Below, piece by piece: positions 1 to 9,823 of a DNA stretch of 64,000 bases. The position numbers and the translations under genes were made by a program. Each line of letters begins with the position of its first letter. The first letter of the stretch is position 1. This stretch comes from Trueperaceae bacterium. Lineage in GTDB: Bacteria > Deinococcota > Deinococci > Deinococcales > Trueperaceae. The stretch is taken from NCBI GenBank assembly GCA_965214405.1, contig OZ243956.1, positions 3,744,001 to 3,808,000 of the forward strand, given 5' to 3'. A model generated the notes under the pieces. It was not told where the DNA came from, ran no database searches, and was given only the letters and a program-made list of their open reading frames with translations.

Positions 1-410
1 AACAGCGGGCGGTGCGTATAAACAAAGGTGGCGGCCAAGCCTCGTCTAAATTCATAACTGAGCGCGCCGCTAAGCGCCAGGCCGACACCCGCCCCCGCGC
101 CACCCACGCCGCTCACGTACGTCAAGCCGGTACCCACGTGCGCCTGAAGCCCTAAGGGGTCCTCGAGCCCCGGCCTAAACGAAAACCAGCCGCCCACGCC
201 TCCCACAAACCCGTTGCGGCTGTACGCGCCAGCGGCGTAGAGCCCGACGGTGTCGCTTAGCGGATAAACGCCGCGGACGCCGAACTTTATGGCGCTCGCG
301 TACTCGCCCGACGTGGTTTCTTTATAAGCCAGCCCCGTGTCCAGCCACAGCGACTGACTGTGCCCAAAGCCGAAAAGCGCGAGAAAAAAAACCAAAAAAA
401 GGAGTCGCAT
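1..410 (-). CDS. Secreted/outer-membrane beta-barrel-like protein (partial, runs off window start)
   Basis: Manual translation from ATG at 410: MRLLFLVFFLALFGFGHSQSLWLDTGLAY... Signal peptide, then alternating Gly/aromatic strands. TACACT lies 5 nt upstream of the ATG. Confidence 0.6.
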   Translation of the reverse strand, partial: MRLLFLVFFLALFGFGHSQSLWLDTGLAYKETTSGEYASAIKFGVRGVYPLSDTVGLYAAGAYSRNGFVGGVGGWFSFRPGLEDPLGLQAHVGTGLTYVSGVGGAGAGVGLALSGALSYEFRRGLAATFVYTHRPL

Positions 411-592
411 AGCCTAGTGTAGCCAATCGCGGCGGGGAGAGCTACGGGGTTTCACGTTTGTTAAACGCCTTGTTGAAGTGTCGGTAAAACGCGGAGCTTG
501 GGAATCATTCACTCTCGAGCGTCCAGGCTCTACGCTCAAGTTTCTTTTGCTGCCTGCCATCTCCCGTAAAATAGCCTTATGAAGGTGACACT

Positions 593-2299
593 ATGGCAAT
601 AACCAAAAAAACGCTCGTCGCCGGGCTCAAAGAGGCGGCGAATCTGCTCGAGGTCCTCAACGATGACCCTTTTCGCGCCAAGGCCTACGCCAACGCGGCG
701 CGCGCGGTGGACGCGTTCGAGGGCGATGTCGAGACCCTTTTCGACGAAGAGCGCCTCACCGAGATTCGCGGGGTGGGGCGGGGTCTGGCGGGGGAACTCT
801 ACGCGCTCAAAGAGCACGAGCACTTGCCCCTCCTGGACGAGCTTTACGTGCGCGTGCCCGAGGGGGTGCGGCGGCTTTTCGTCGTGTCCGGACTCGGTGC
901 CAAGAAAATCGCGGCGCTCTGGGAAAACGGGATTGAGGATTTGGAGGATTTATTGGAGGCTGCGGAAGATGGCCGGGTAGCGTCTCTCAAGGGTTTTGGC
1001 AAAAAAAGTGCGGCGAGCTTAGCCGAGGGCGTGCGCTTTGCATTGGCCGCGATGCAGCGTTACCGCCTAGACGTGGCCGAGCGCTACGCGGAAGTCTTGG
1101 CGGAAGCTCTCGCCACCACTCTACCCGACGCGCGCGTGCTGGCGGCGGGCGATTTAAGGCGGGGGCTCGAGACGGTGGGGGTCTTGGAGCTTGTGGTTAC
1201 AGGCGCTCCCGCCGCCGAAGTGGCGGCGGCCATCGAACCACTCGTGCATGAGGTGGATGTTGACGGTGACGTGATAGACGCGCGGCTCGAGGCGCGGCGC
1301 GTGCGCCTCACCGTGACCGACGAGTACGCTTTGGGCGCAGTTCTGGCGCTGCGGACGGGCGGCGACGCCTACCGCGAGGGGCTGGTTGGGCGCGCTTCTG
1401 AAAGAGGTTTTGAGCTGCGTGAGAACGGGCTTTTCAGAGAAGACAAGCGGCTCCCCACGCCAGACGAAACGGACTTTTTTGCCATGTTGGGGCTTTCCTA
1501 CACCCCACCCGAACGCCGCGAGGAGGCGCGGCCCGTGCCGGTTAGTAATCTCGTTACCCTGGCTGACATGAAGGGCGTGATTCACAACCACTCGAGCTGG
1601 TCTGACGGCGCGGCGTCTTTACGCGAGATGGTCGCGGCGGCGCGCGCCTTGGGCTACCGCTACCTGGCAATGGCCGACCACTCGAGAAGCTCCTACTACG
1701 CGGGGGGCCTGAGTATCGAGCGGGTTTACAAACAGGCGGAAGAGGTGGCGGAGATACGTGAAGAGTTGCGTGAGGAAGGGAGCGATTTTGAGGTGTTGCA
1801 CGGGCTCGAGGTGGACATCTTAACGGGCGGCTCGCTCGACTACCCGGACGAGGTGCTGATGCTCCTGGATTACACAGTGGTGAGCGTCCACCAGAACTTT
1901 ACCCTGAGCGAGGCCGAGCAAACCGCGCGCATCGTGCGGGCGGTAGAGAGTCCTTACGCGAGCATCCTGGCCCACCCCACCGGACGCCTCCTGCTGCGGC
2001 GTCCACCTTACGCGGTGGATTTGGAGGCGGTGCTGGCGGCCTGTGCGGAAGCGGGCACGGTGGTCGAAATCAACGCCAACACGCGCCGCTTAGACTTAGA
2101 TTGGCGCTGGGTGGTGCGGGCCAAAGAGCTGGGCTGCACTTTTTCCATCGACCCCGACGCCCACCACCCCGACGGCTACCACGACGTGCGCTACGGCGTG
2201 CTGATGGCGCGCAAGGCGGGTTTGACGCCGGAGGATGTAATTAATACTGCGCCGACGGCTTCCGCGTTTTTGGGACGGCTCAAAGCCAGACCAGGCTGA
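593..2299 (+). CDS. polX: DNA polymerase X / PHP 3'-5' exonuclease (non-canonical polymerase site)
   Basis: N-terminal FRAKAYANAA and HhH motifs (GVGRG, GLGAKK, GFGKK); GDLRRGLETV; intact PHP motifs HNHSSWSDG, DHS, AHPTGR, DPDAH. Confidence 0.92.
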   Translation: MAITKKTLVAGLKEAANLLEVLNDDPFRAKAYANAARAVDAFEGDVETLFDEERLTEIRGVGRGLAGELYALKEHEHLPLLDELYVRVPEGVRRLFVVSGLGAKKIAALWENGIEDLEDLLEAAEDGRVASLKGFGKKSAASLAEGVRFALAAMQRYRLDVAERYAEVLAEALATTLPDARVLAAGDLRRGLETVGVLELVVTGAPAAEVAAAIEPLVHEVDVDGDVIDARLEARRVRLTVTDEYALGAVLALRTGGDAYREGLVGRASERGFELRENGLFREDKRLPTPDETDFFAMLGLSYTPPERREEARPVPVSNLVTLADMKGVIHNHSSWSDGAASLREMVAAARALGYRYLAMADHSRSSYYAGGLSIERVYKQAEEVAEIREELREEGSDFEVLHGLEVDILTGGSLDYPDEVLMLLDYTVVSVHQNFTLSEAEQTARIVRAVESPYASILAHPTGRLLLRRPPYAVDLEAVLAACAEAGTVVEINANTRRLDLDWRWVVRAKELGCTFSIDPDAHHPDGYHDVRYGVLMARKAGLTPEDVINTAPTASAFLGRLKARPG

Positions 2300-2361
2300 G
2301 CATCCCTGGTGCCTTCCCTGTGCCTCGACGTTCCTCCACGTGCGGTATAGTCCGGGAGCTT

Positions 2362-3936
2362 ATGGCCCACAAGATTCTAGTAACCGACACGATTCAGTTG
2401 GGGGACGCATCCTACCCCGACGTAGAGATCGACTACCGCGAAGGCATCCCCAAAGACGAGTTGTTAACCATCGTCGGCGGCTACGACGCCATCATCACCC
2501 GCTCGCGCACGCAGGTGGATGAGGTGCTGGTGCGCGCCGCAACCCGTCTCAAGGTTATCGGGCGCGGCGGGGTGGGGGTGGACAACATCGACTTAGAGGC
2601 GGCGAGCCGCCGGGGGGTGCTCGTCCTGAACGCGCCGGAGGCGAATAACGTGTCGGCGGCGGAGTTGGCCGTGGCGCTCATGCTCTGCGCGGCGCGCGGG
2701 GTGAGCCGTTCGGACCGGCTCATCCGGCAGGGGGCGTGGGACCGGAAGTTTTTGGGCCGCGAGGTCAAGGGGGCGCGGCTGGGCATCGTGGGCTTGGGCC
2801 GTATCGGCTCGCTGGTGAGCCGCCGCGCGCAGGGGCTCGGCATGACGGTAGGGGCTTACGACCCGTACATCTCACGTCACCGCGCCACCGAACTCAAGGT
2901 CGAATTGCACGACAACCTGCTCGAGATGCTCTCCCAATCAAATTTCTTAACCGTCCACACGCCCCTGACCGAAGAAACCGAGGGGATGATTGGTTCTGAA
3001 GAGCTTAAAGCGATGCCCGACGGGGCCATCGTTGTGAACGCAGCGCGGGGCGGCATCATTCAAGAAGAGGCATTGGTTGAGGCTTTGGAAAGCGGCAAGT
3101 TGTTCGCGGCGGGGCTCGATGTGTACGTGCTCGAGCCCCCCAGCATCGACCACCCGCTCTTAGAACGTGACGACGTCGTCTTGACTGCTCACTTGGGGGC
3201 CAACACCGCCGAGGCGCAGGCGCGGGTGGGGGCGGAGATTTTAGAGCGCACCGTTATGGCGCTGCGCGGCGACCTCTCGAGGGGCGCGGTCAACGCGCCC
3301 GCCCTGGCCCCTGAGGTCATGGCGGCCTTGGGGCCGCACCTCAAGCTGGGCGAGGCGCTGGGCAAGACCGTCGCCCAGCTCGCCAAGGGACGCGTGCGCG
3401 AGCTGCAAATCGAGTTCGCGGGCACCTTCCCGATGGACCCCGACCCCGTGGCGGTGGCGGCGACAAAAGGGTTTTTGGAGCCCATTTTGGACGAGCCCCC
3501 CAACTACATCAACGCGCCCTCGATTGCCAAAGAGCGTGACATCCGCGTGTCCAAGGTGTCGGCCTCGCGCTCTCGAGGCTACACCACCCACATCGAAGTC
3601 ACCGCCGTGACCGACGAGGGACGCTTCAGTGTCGGCGGGACCGTGCTGGGCACCGCGCCGCGCATCGTGGACATCAACGATTTTCCCATCGAGGTCCGCC
3701 CGGAGGGTCCCATGCTCATCTGCACGAACTACGACAGGCCCGGCGCGGTGGGCAAGGTGGGCACCGTCTTGGGCGACGCGGGCGTGAACATTTCAGGAAT
3801 GCAACTCTCGCGCGTGGGGGGCGACGGCCTGGCCCTGTTCGCGCTGACGCTCGACCAAGCACCGCCGGAAAGCGTTTTGAACACGCTTAGGAACATGCCG
3901 GACGTGATCCATAGCCTTAACATGGTTAGGTTGTGA
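2362..3936 (+). CDS. serA: D-3-phosphoglycerate dehydrogenase
   Basis: GRGGVGVDNID, GLGRIG, VNAARGGI, AHLGANTAEAQ, C-terminal ACT domain (DRPGAVGKVG); start taken at MAHK. Confidence 0.93.
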   Translation: MAHKILVTDTIQLGDASYPDVEIDYREGIPKDELLTIVGGYDAIITRSRTQVDEVLVRAATRLKVIGRGGVGVDNIDLEAASRRGVLVLNAPEANNVSAAELAVALMLCAARGVSRSDRLIRQGAWDRKFLGREVKGARLGIVGLGRIGSLVSRRAQGLGMTVGAYDPYISRHRATELKVELHDNLLEMLSQSNFLTVHTPLTEETEGMIGSEELKAMPDGAIVVNAARGGIIQEEALVEALESGKLFAAGLDVYVLEPPSIDHPLLERDDVVLTAHLGANTAEAQARVGAEILERTVMALRGDLSRGAVNAPALAPEVMAALGPHLKLGEALGKTVAQLAKGRVRELQIEFAGTFPMDPDPVAVAATKGFLEPILDEPPNYINAPSIAKERDIRVSKVSASRSRGYTTHIEVTAVTDEGRFSVGGTVLGTAPRIVDINDFPIEVRPEGPMLICTNYDRPGAVGKVGTVLGDAGVNISGMQLSRVGGDGLALFALTLDQAPPESVLNTLRNMPDVIHSLNMVRL

Positions 3937-4100
3937 GGGGACAAGCCCATCCCGTGGGGGAGATGTCTCGGTTGATATGTGCTCGGCGAAAGCTTGTCTA
4001 GCACGCCCTACAAGATGCTCACATATTAAACTTGGTGATTTCAAAAGCTGTGATGAAGGCTTGAAAAGTTAAGAGCGCCCCCGCCGTCTGAGGAGAAGTC

Positions 4101-5240
4101 ATGTACAAACCCCGCTTGCTCGCGCCCGGTCCCGTCGAGGTGCCGCCTGAGGTTTTAGAAGCAACCGCCCGCCCCATCATCCACCACCGGACGGCGGCCT
4201 TTAAGGAACTCTTTTTGGAGACCCGCGCACAACTCGCTGAGGTGGCCTGCGTGCCCGGCGACGACGTGCTGGTCCTCGCGGGGAGCGGGACGGCGGCGTT
4301 CGAGGCGGGGTTGTTGGCGGCGGTACCCAAGGGAAGTAAAATCATCGGCGTCAACGCGGGTAAGTTTGGCGAGCGTTGGGTCAAGCTGGCCACCCACTAC
4401 GGCTACGAGGTGGTGGAGCTGCGGCTCGAGTGGGGCCAGGTCGCCCAACCGGAGGCGGTGCTCGAGCTTCTGCGCGCCCATCCCGACGCGGCTGCGTTCA
4501 TGACCACGCATTCCGAGACTTCGACGGGCGCGCTTCACGACGTGGAGGCTTTAGCAAAAGTTGTACATGAAACCTTACCCAACGCGCTTTTTGTTGTTGA
4601 CGCCGTGACCTCCTTGGGCGTAGCCGAGCTGAGGCCGCGCGACTGGGGCATAGACGTGATGGTGTCGGGGAGTCAAAAAGGTCTCATGACGCCTCCCGGT
4701 CTCGCGTTCGCCTGGCTTTCAGAACGCGCTTGGGCAAACACTGAAGGGCTAAACCCTAGTTTCTACCTCGATTTACGCAAGGAACGTAAGCAGCAAAAGG
4801 AGGGACAGACCGCCTATACCCCGGCGGTGAGCCTTGTTGCGGGGCTCAACGTGGCGCTGGGGATGCTGCGCGAGGAGGGGATAGAGGCGGTGTGGGCACG
4901 GCGCGAACGGCTCAACCGGGCGGTGTTGGAGGGAGCCTGCGCCCTGGGCTGCGCCCCCTACGCCGAGCGTATAAGCCCGGCGGTGGCCGCCCTGCGCGCC
5001 CCCCAAGGCGTCGCGGCTCCAGACATCGTCAAAGGCTTCGCGGCGCGCGGGGCGCGCATTGCGAGCGGTCAGGACGAGGCCAAACCTGTTCTCTTCCGCC
5101 CCTCGGTGATGGGCTACGCTGACGCCTATGACGCGGTGACGGTCATTGCGGTTTTGGAGGACGTGCTGCGCGAGCTCGGGCTCGAGCTTCCTTATGGTGT
5201 AGGTGTGGGTGCTGCGCTGCGGGTGTTGGGAGAGGGGTAA
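4101..5240 (+). CDS. Class V PLP aminotransferase (serine-pyruvate/phosphoserine type)
   Basis: LLAPGPVEVP, HSETSTG, VDAVTS, SGSQKGLMTPPG; RBS GAGGAG. Confidence 0.9.
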   Translation: MYKPRLLAPGPVEVPPEVLEATARPIIHHRTAAFKELFLETRAQLAEVACVPGDDVLVLAGSGTAAFEAGLLAAVPKGSKIIGVNAGKFGERWVKLATHYGYEVVELRLEWGQVAQPEAVLELLRAHPDAAAFMTTHSETSTGALHDVEALAKVVHETLPNALFVVDAVTSLGVAELRPRDWGIDVMVSGSQKGLMTPPGLAFAWLSERAWANTEGLNPSFYLDLRKERKQQKEGQTAYTPAVSLVAGLNVALGMLREEGIEAVWARRERLNRAVLEGACALGCAPYAERISPAVAALRAPQGVAAPDIVKGFAARGARIASGQDEAKPVLFRPSVMGYADAYDAVTVIAVLEDVLRELGLELPYGVGVGAALRVLGEG

Positions 5241-5509
5241 CGGGGTTGCTCAATCTCATTCGCTACACCGTCGGCAATCTCGAGGCGTTTGGCATGGTAG
5301 GGACGGTGTGGGGCTCGAGTTAGTCACACTTTTAACGTTGTTGATGAACAAACCTGTAAATAAGCTACTCTGGTGATGTCCCTAAGAACCATCTTAACTG
5401 GACACTGTAACATCAAGCAACGCTCAAACCAAGAACGTCAAAACTTCTCGAGCCCATCACGCCAAGCCAAGCGGACGCCTCCAACCAAGATGTGCGCTAA
5501 ACTCTGAGC

Positions 5510-5716
5510 ATGAACGAAATCATTTTCCTCGTTAGCGAAGCGCCCGAGGGGGGCTACGAGGCGAGGGCCTTGTCCGCCTCCATCTATACCGAGGCCGACA
5601 CGCTCGAGGAGCTTAAACGTATGGTGCGTGACGCGGTGGCTTGCCATTTTGAGGATTCGGAGCGGCCCAAAATAATTCGGCTACACTACGTCCGCGAAGA
5701 AGTCATCGCCGCCTAA
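5510..5716 (+). CDS. HicB-like antitoxin (short)
   Basis: EGGYEARA...IYTEADTLEELKRMVRDAV, the HicB partial RNase H fold; TAAACT 6 nt before ATG; adjacent to hicA. Confidence 0.7.
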   Translation: MNEIIFLVSEAPEGGYEARALSASIYTEADTLEELKRMVRDAVACHFEDSERPKIIRLHYVREEVIAA

Positions 5717-5718
5717 GG

Positions 5719-5958
5719 GTGCCGCGCCTACCCCGCCACCTGAGCGGCGATGAGCTCGTCAAAAAGCTCAGGGGTTACGGAGTGACCCGGCAGACCGGCA
5801 GTCACATCCGGCTGACGCGCACCGCCGGAGGTGGCGAACACCACGTCACTATTCCCAATCACAAAACCTTGCGCGTCGGAACGCTGAATATCCTCACAGA
5901 CGTTGCCGCGGAGCTCGGTAGAGATAAGGATGAGGTTGTTGGCGAGCTGTTCGGCTAG
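5719..5958 (+). CDS. hicA: HicA family toxin (mRNA interferase)
   Basis: RQTGSHIRL...HHVTIPNHKTLRVGTL. Confidence 0.8.
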   Translation: MPRLPRHLSGDELVKKLRGYGVTRQTGSHIRLTRTAGGGEHHVTIPNHKTLRVGTLNILTDVAAELGRDKDEVVGELFG

Positions 5959-6221
5959 CTCGTCCTGACGGTTTGAGGTCAGAGCATACCAAATGGCCTT
6001 TACGCCGCAACTTCATAAAAATCTATGCAAAAGCTTACAAATGTGCTATGATGGCTCATGTCAGTCAAACCCATATCGCTGAGGATGCTCGAGACGCTTT
6101 TCACCTGCGAAGAGGTGTCATGCGATAAAACTTACATGCGCAAGGTGGAACGTCTCCGAGCGCGTGAGGGGCGGCTCGAGCGTCCGAAGCTTCAACTAGT
6201 AAAGGCGTACCCCAAGTAGCG

Positions 6222-6959
6222 TTAGCGGGCCAAGCAGATGAGGTGGTCTTCGGTGGTGCGGTAGTGTCGCCTGTCGAAGTGGCCGAAAAACTGCAAATGC
6301 TCAAAGCCTGCGGCGCGTAGGGCGCGCTCGAGTTCAAACCGCGTGAAGTAACGCTGTTTGAGGGTCGTGATTTGTCGTTTGAGGGTGCCGTCTTCGGTTA
6401 CCATGTCGAGGTAATAGCGCGTGGTGATGAGTTGCGCGTCGGGGTCGTGCGTCTGGAGCAAAAAGAGCTCGCTTCTCGGCCCGCCGACGTTTTCCCACTC
6501 GGCTTCGCGGCGCAGCACGTTGAGTTCGTTGAAGTTAGGGTTAAAGAGGTCCAACGCGAACAGTCCGCTGGGCGCTAAATGACGCTTCACCGCGGCGAGG
6601 GTGGCGTCCTGGTCGCTCAGCGTGTAGGCGTGCATGAAGGTATTAAAGGGTGCGATGACGAGGGGGAAAGTTCGCTCGAGGTCGAAGCTGCGCATGTCTC
6701 CTTGTTGTAACTGGACACGGTCATTTAGGCCGAGCCCCTCGAGCCGCGCCCGCCCACGTGTAAGCATCTCTTTAGAAAGTTCAAGACCCACCACCTCGTG
6801 ACCCGCGCGGGCCAGCGCGGCGCTCACGCGGGCGCTTCCTGCGCCGAGTTCCAAAACCGGGCTCCCGTAGTCGTCGGCTAAGCGCGTGTAGAAGGGGAGG
6901 TCATCGCGGTAGCGGGCGTACTGCGCGTCGTAGAGCGCGGCCAAGGAATCATAATTCAC
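6222..6959 (-). CDS. Class I SAM-dependent methyltransferase
   Basis: VLELGAGSAR, GDMRSF, HLAPSGLFALD; GTG start overlaps the upstream stop (GTGA). Confidence 0.85.
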   Translation of the reverse strand: MNYDSLAALYDAQYARYRDDLPFYTRLADDYGSPVLELGAGSARVSAALARAGHEVVGLELSKEMLTRGRARLEGLGLNDRVQLQQGDMRSFDLERTFPLVIAPFNTFMHAYTLSDQDATLAAVKRHLAPSGLFALDLFNPNFNELNVLRREAEWENVGGPRSELFLLQTHDPDAQLITTRYYLDMVTEDGTLKRQITTLKQRYFTRFELERALRAAGFEHLQFFGHFDRRHYRTTEDHLICLAR

Positions 6960-8611
6960 GAGAGGACCCTGGGCTCGAGCCGCCCCCGCTCGAGCGTATA
7001 AACCTCGTCGGCGGCGCTCACCAAGGCGGGGCGGTGCGCGACGACGAGCACGAGGCGCGCTTCGGCCTGTTTTTGAAGCGTGGTGACTAAAACGCCTTCG
7101 CTGGCCGCGTCTAGGTTGGCGCTGGGCTCGTCTAAAAGAAGCACCTCCGGCTCCGACAGGAGCGCCCGCGCCACCGCCAAACGGCCCCGTTGCCCACCCG
7201 AAAGCCCGCCGCCGTCTTCGCGTAAGGGGTAGTCGAGGCCGCCAGGAAGGGTGCGGACGGTTTCGGTAAGCTTTACCGCCGCCAGCGCCTCCCAAAGATG
7301 TGATTCGGCATAGTCGCGCCCCAAGAGCAGGTTGTCGCACAAAGAAGCGCGGAAGAGGGCGGTGTCTTGCGGCACGTAGGCGACGCGCGTATGCAAAACG
7401 TCCTCGGGCACCCTCTCGAGCGGCACGCCGTCAAGCGTGATGCGTCCCCCTGTGGGCGGCTCGAGCCCCAACAGCAGCCTCAGCAAGGTCGTTTTGCCGC
7501 TCCCGCTGGTGCCCGTAAGCGCGATGAGCGCGGGGCCGCGGAAGTCGGCGTTTACACCCGTTAAAATTTCATGGGTTCCGTAGGTGAAATGGACGCGCTC
7601 GAGGCGCAGCCGGGGTTTGGGATGAGGCGCAGCGATGGGAGGCGGGAGGGTTTGAGCATTGTCCAACAGCACCTCCGACGACGCCGTAAGAAGGGTTTGC
7701 AGACGTGTGGCGGCGGCCCTCGCACTCTGGAGGAGGGCGTAGCCTCTGGGCAGGAGTTGCGCGGGTGTTGACAGGAGCGCGAGCAGCGTGAGGTAGGCCG
7801 TCACCTCGCCTAAGCTCATCCGCCCGGCGGCGACGCTCCTCGAGAGAATAACCAGGAGCACGGCGACGGCGGCGAACCCGAGCGTCTGAGCCAGTGGCGT
7901 CTGCGCGCCTGCCCAACGCGCGCGGGCGCTCCCTGCGTGCGCGGTGCGCTTATTGGCGGGGCGCAGGCGGTTGAGGAGGAAGGACTCGAGCCCAAACGCG
8001 CGGGCCACTTCACGGTGCTTGAGCCCCTCTTGAAGATGCGCGCCGACCTCCTCGGTGTTCGTTTGAACATCCGTCGAAAGCGCCTCGACCCGCCGCCCTG
8101 TCCAGGTGAGGGTCAGGGCGAGAGGCACCGTCATGACCAGCAGGAGAAGCGTTGCAAGCGGGTTGGAGTAAAAAAGCACCGCCACAATGCCCACGATGGT
8201 CAAACTCTCGGCGACAAGCGTGCCGAGTCCGAACTGCAAATAAACCTCGACTTCTTTGAGGTCGGTGAGCAAGCGGCTGGTGAGGCCGCCGGAGGAGCTT
8301 TCATGTTCCAACGGCCTTTTCAGCAGGTGACGGTAGACCCGCTCGCGCCAAGCCGCGCTCGTCCGGGCGGCAACGTGTCCCAGCAGCGCGTCTTGCGCCC
8401 ACAAGACGCCTGCGCCCGCCACGACTACCGCGCCGCCCACCAGCAGCACCCGCGGCAGCGCCGAGAGGTCCCCCCGGACGAGCACCCGGTCAAACACGGG
8501 TTGAATGAGGAGCGGCGCGACGGCCACGCGTAAAAGCGCGTTGAGCGCGGCTGCGCCGAGGCCGACCAAGGCCGCGCCGGAGCGGGGCAGCAAGAGGCGC
8601 GGGAGGCTCAC
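6956..8611 (-). CDS. MsbA-like ABC exporter (permease + ATPase)
   Basis: N-terminal TM helices; GTSGSGKT, LSGGQRGR, LLLDEPS; lies in the lipid A operon. Confidence 0.88.
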   Translation of the reverse strand: MSLPRLLLPRSGAALVGLGAAALNALLRVAVAPLLIQPVFDRVLVRGDLSALPRVLLVGGAVVVAGAGVLWAQDALLGHVAARTSAAWRERVYRHLLKRPLEHESSSGGLTSRLLTDLKEVEVYLQFGLGTLVAESLTIVGIVAVLFYSNPLATLLLLVMTVPLALTLTWTGRRVEALSTDVQTNTEEVGAHLQEGLKHREVARAFGLESFLLNRLRPANKRTAHAGSARARWAGAQTPLAQTLGFAAVAVLLVILSRSVAAGRMSLGEVTAYLTLLALLSTPAQLLPRGYALLQSARAAATRLQTLLTASSEVLLDNAQTLPPPIAAPHPKPRLRLERVHFTYGTHEILTGVNADFRGPALIALTGTSGSGKTTLLRLLLGLEPPTGGRITLDGVPLERVPEDVLHTRVAYVPQDTALFRASLCDNLLLGRDYAESHLWEALAAVKLTETVRTLPGGLDYPLREDGGGLSGGQRGRLAVARALLSEPEVLLLDEPSANLDAASEGVLVTTLQKQAEARLVLVVAHRPALVSAADEVYTLERGRLEPRVLS

Positions 8612-9822
8612 GGGCCGCACTCGAGCAGCACCCTTTTAACGAGCCGCGCCGCCGCGCCGGGCGGGGGCATGGTTTCAAGCAGGCGGCTTCTGCGCCGCGC
8701 GCGCTCCTCGGGGTCAGTAAGCAGCCCCACCATTTTCTCGACAACCTCGTCTAAAACAATCTTCCCCTTCATCTCAACCATCAAGTCCTCGCCGCTGAGG
8801 AGGTTGGGCAGCGCCACGGGAAAGTGAGGAGCCGCCAGCCTCACCGCCTGCCGTTTGAGCGTGGTGCCCACAAAAGGTACGAGCGAGAGCCAGTGGCCGG
8901 GACCCTCGAGCGGGATCACCTCGGGTTTGTTGAGGGGCAACAGCACGAGGCTGGGCACCCCCGCGATACCGAGTTCTAAAGTATTGGTGCCCGGAATGGT
9001 GACGGCTAGGTCGGCGGCGCGCATGTGGGCGTAGCGCGCACTCTCGGGGGCAAGCTCGAGCGCGCGCCCCCCCGGCGTGATGACGCTTTTGCTGGATTCA
9101 TCCTCGAGCCGCCCAGCCACGCCGCCGAGTGTTTCTTTGTGAGCGCCCTGAATGCCGGTCTTAACGGCCTCCTCACTCAAAAGTCGGCTCACCGGCCAGA
9201 CGAAGCGGGCCTGCGGGTAGCGTTCGCCCAGCGCGTCGGCGAGCGCAATCATCAGGGGGATGAGGTGGACCGCAAAGGCGTCGCGGCTGCCGGGCATGAG
9301 GAGGACGTGCGGGTTACCGCGTTCGGGCGCGGGTTCGGCGAGCTTGACGGCGTCGGCGACTAAGTTGCCAACTTGCTCCAGACGCTCCCTGGGCGCGCCC
9401 AAAAGCCGCGCCCGGCGCTCGGCGCGCGCGTCGTGGACGAACAGGGCGGCCAATTTGCGGTGCCAGGTGGGCACAAAAGAATAGCGGTAGACGGGATAAC
9501 CAAGTCTTTTACCCAGGTCCAAAGCCATCCCCGCGCTCCCGCCCAAGCTCAGCACGAAGCCGTTGGGGGCGGGGTGCTCGAGCCCCGGCAGTCGCTTGCC
9601 CAGGGCCATAAACCGCGCGAAGTCGCCCGGCGAGGAGACGCTGTCCGCCCCGAAAGTCGCGGCGATGTGCGTTTCCGCGCCGCTCGCAAACTGGCAGGGG
9701 ACGAGGCCGATGTGAACGCGGACGTGCGGGTAACGGCGCAGCTCGGCCAGCACGGGCTGGACCCAGGTGTAGAGTTCGCCGGGGCCGTTGGAGACGAGGA
9801 CGACCTGCATCTGGGCCTGCAT
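8608..9822 (-). CDS. Lipid-A-disaccharide synthase-like glycosyltransferase (LpxB-related)
   Basis: SNGPGE, LLMPGSR, IPGTNTLELG GT-B motifs; follows lpxA. Confidence 0.75.
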   Translation of the reverse strand: MQAQMQVVLVSNGPGELYTWVQPVLAELRRYPHVRVHIGLVPCQFASGAETHIAATFGADSVSSPGDFARFMALGKRLPGLEHPAPNGFVLSLGGSAGMALDLGKRLGYPVYRYSFVPTWHRKLAALFVHDARAERRARLLGAPRERLEQVGNLVADAVKLAEPAPERGNPHVLLMPGSRDAFAVHLIPLMIALADALGERYPQARFVWPVSRLLSEEAVKTGIQGAHKETLGGVAGRLEDESSKSVITPGGRALELAPESARYAHMRAADLAVTIPGTNTLELGIAGVPSLVLLPLNKPEVIPLEGPGHWLSLVPFVGTTLKRQAVRLAAPHFPVALPNLLSGEDLMVEMKGKIVLDEVVEKMVGLLTDPEERARRRSRLLETMPPPGAAARLVKRVLLECGP

Positions 9823-9823
9823 G

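Noticed and set aside
6960..7340. N-terminal extension of the 372-aa methyltransferase ORF
   Set aside because: Overlaps the ABC gene; the real start is the GTG at 6959
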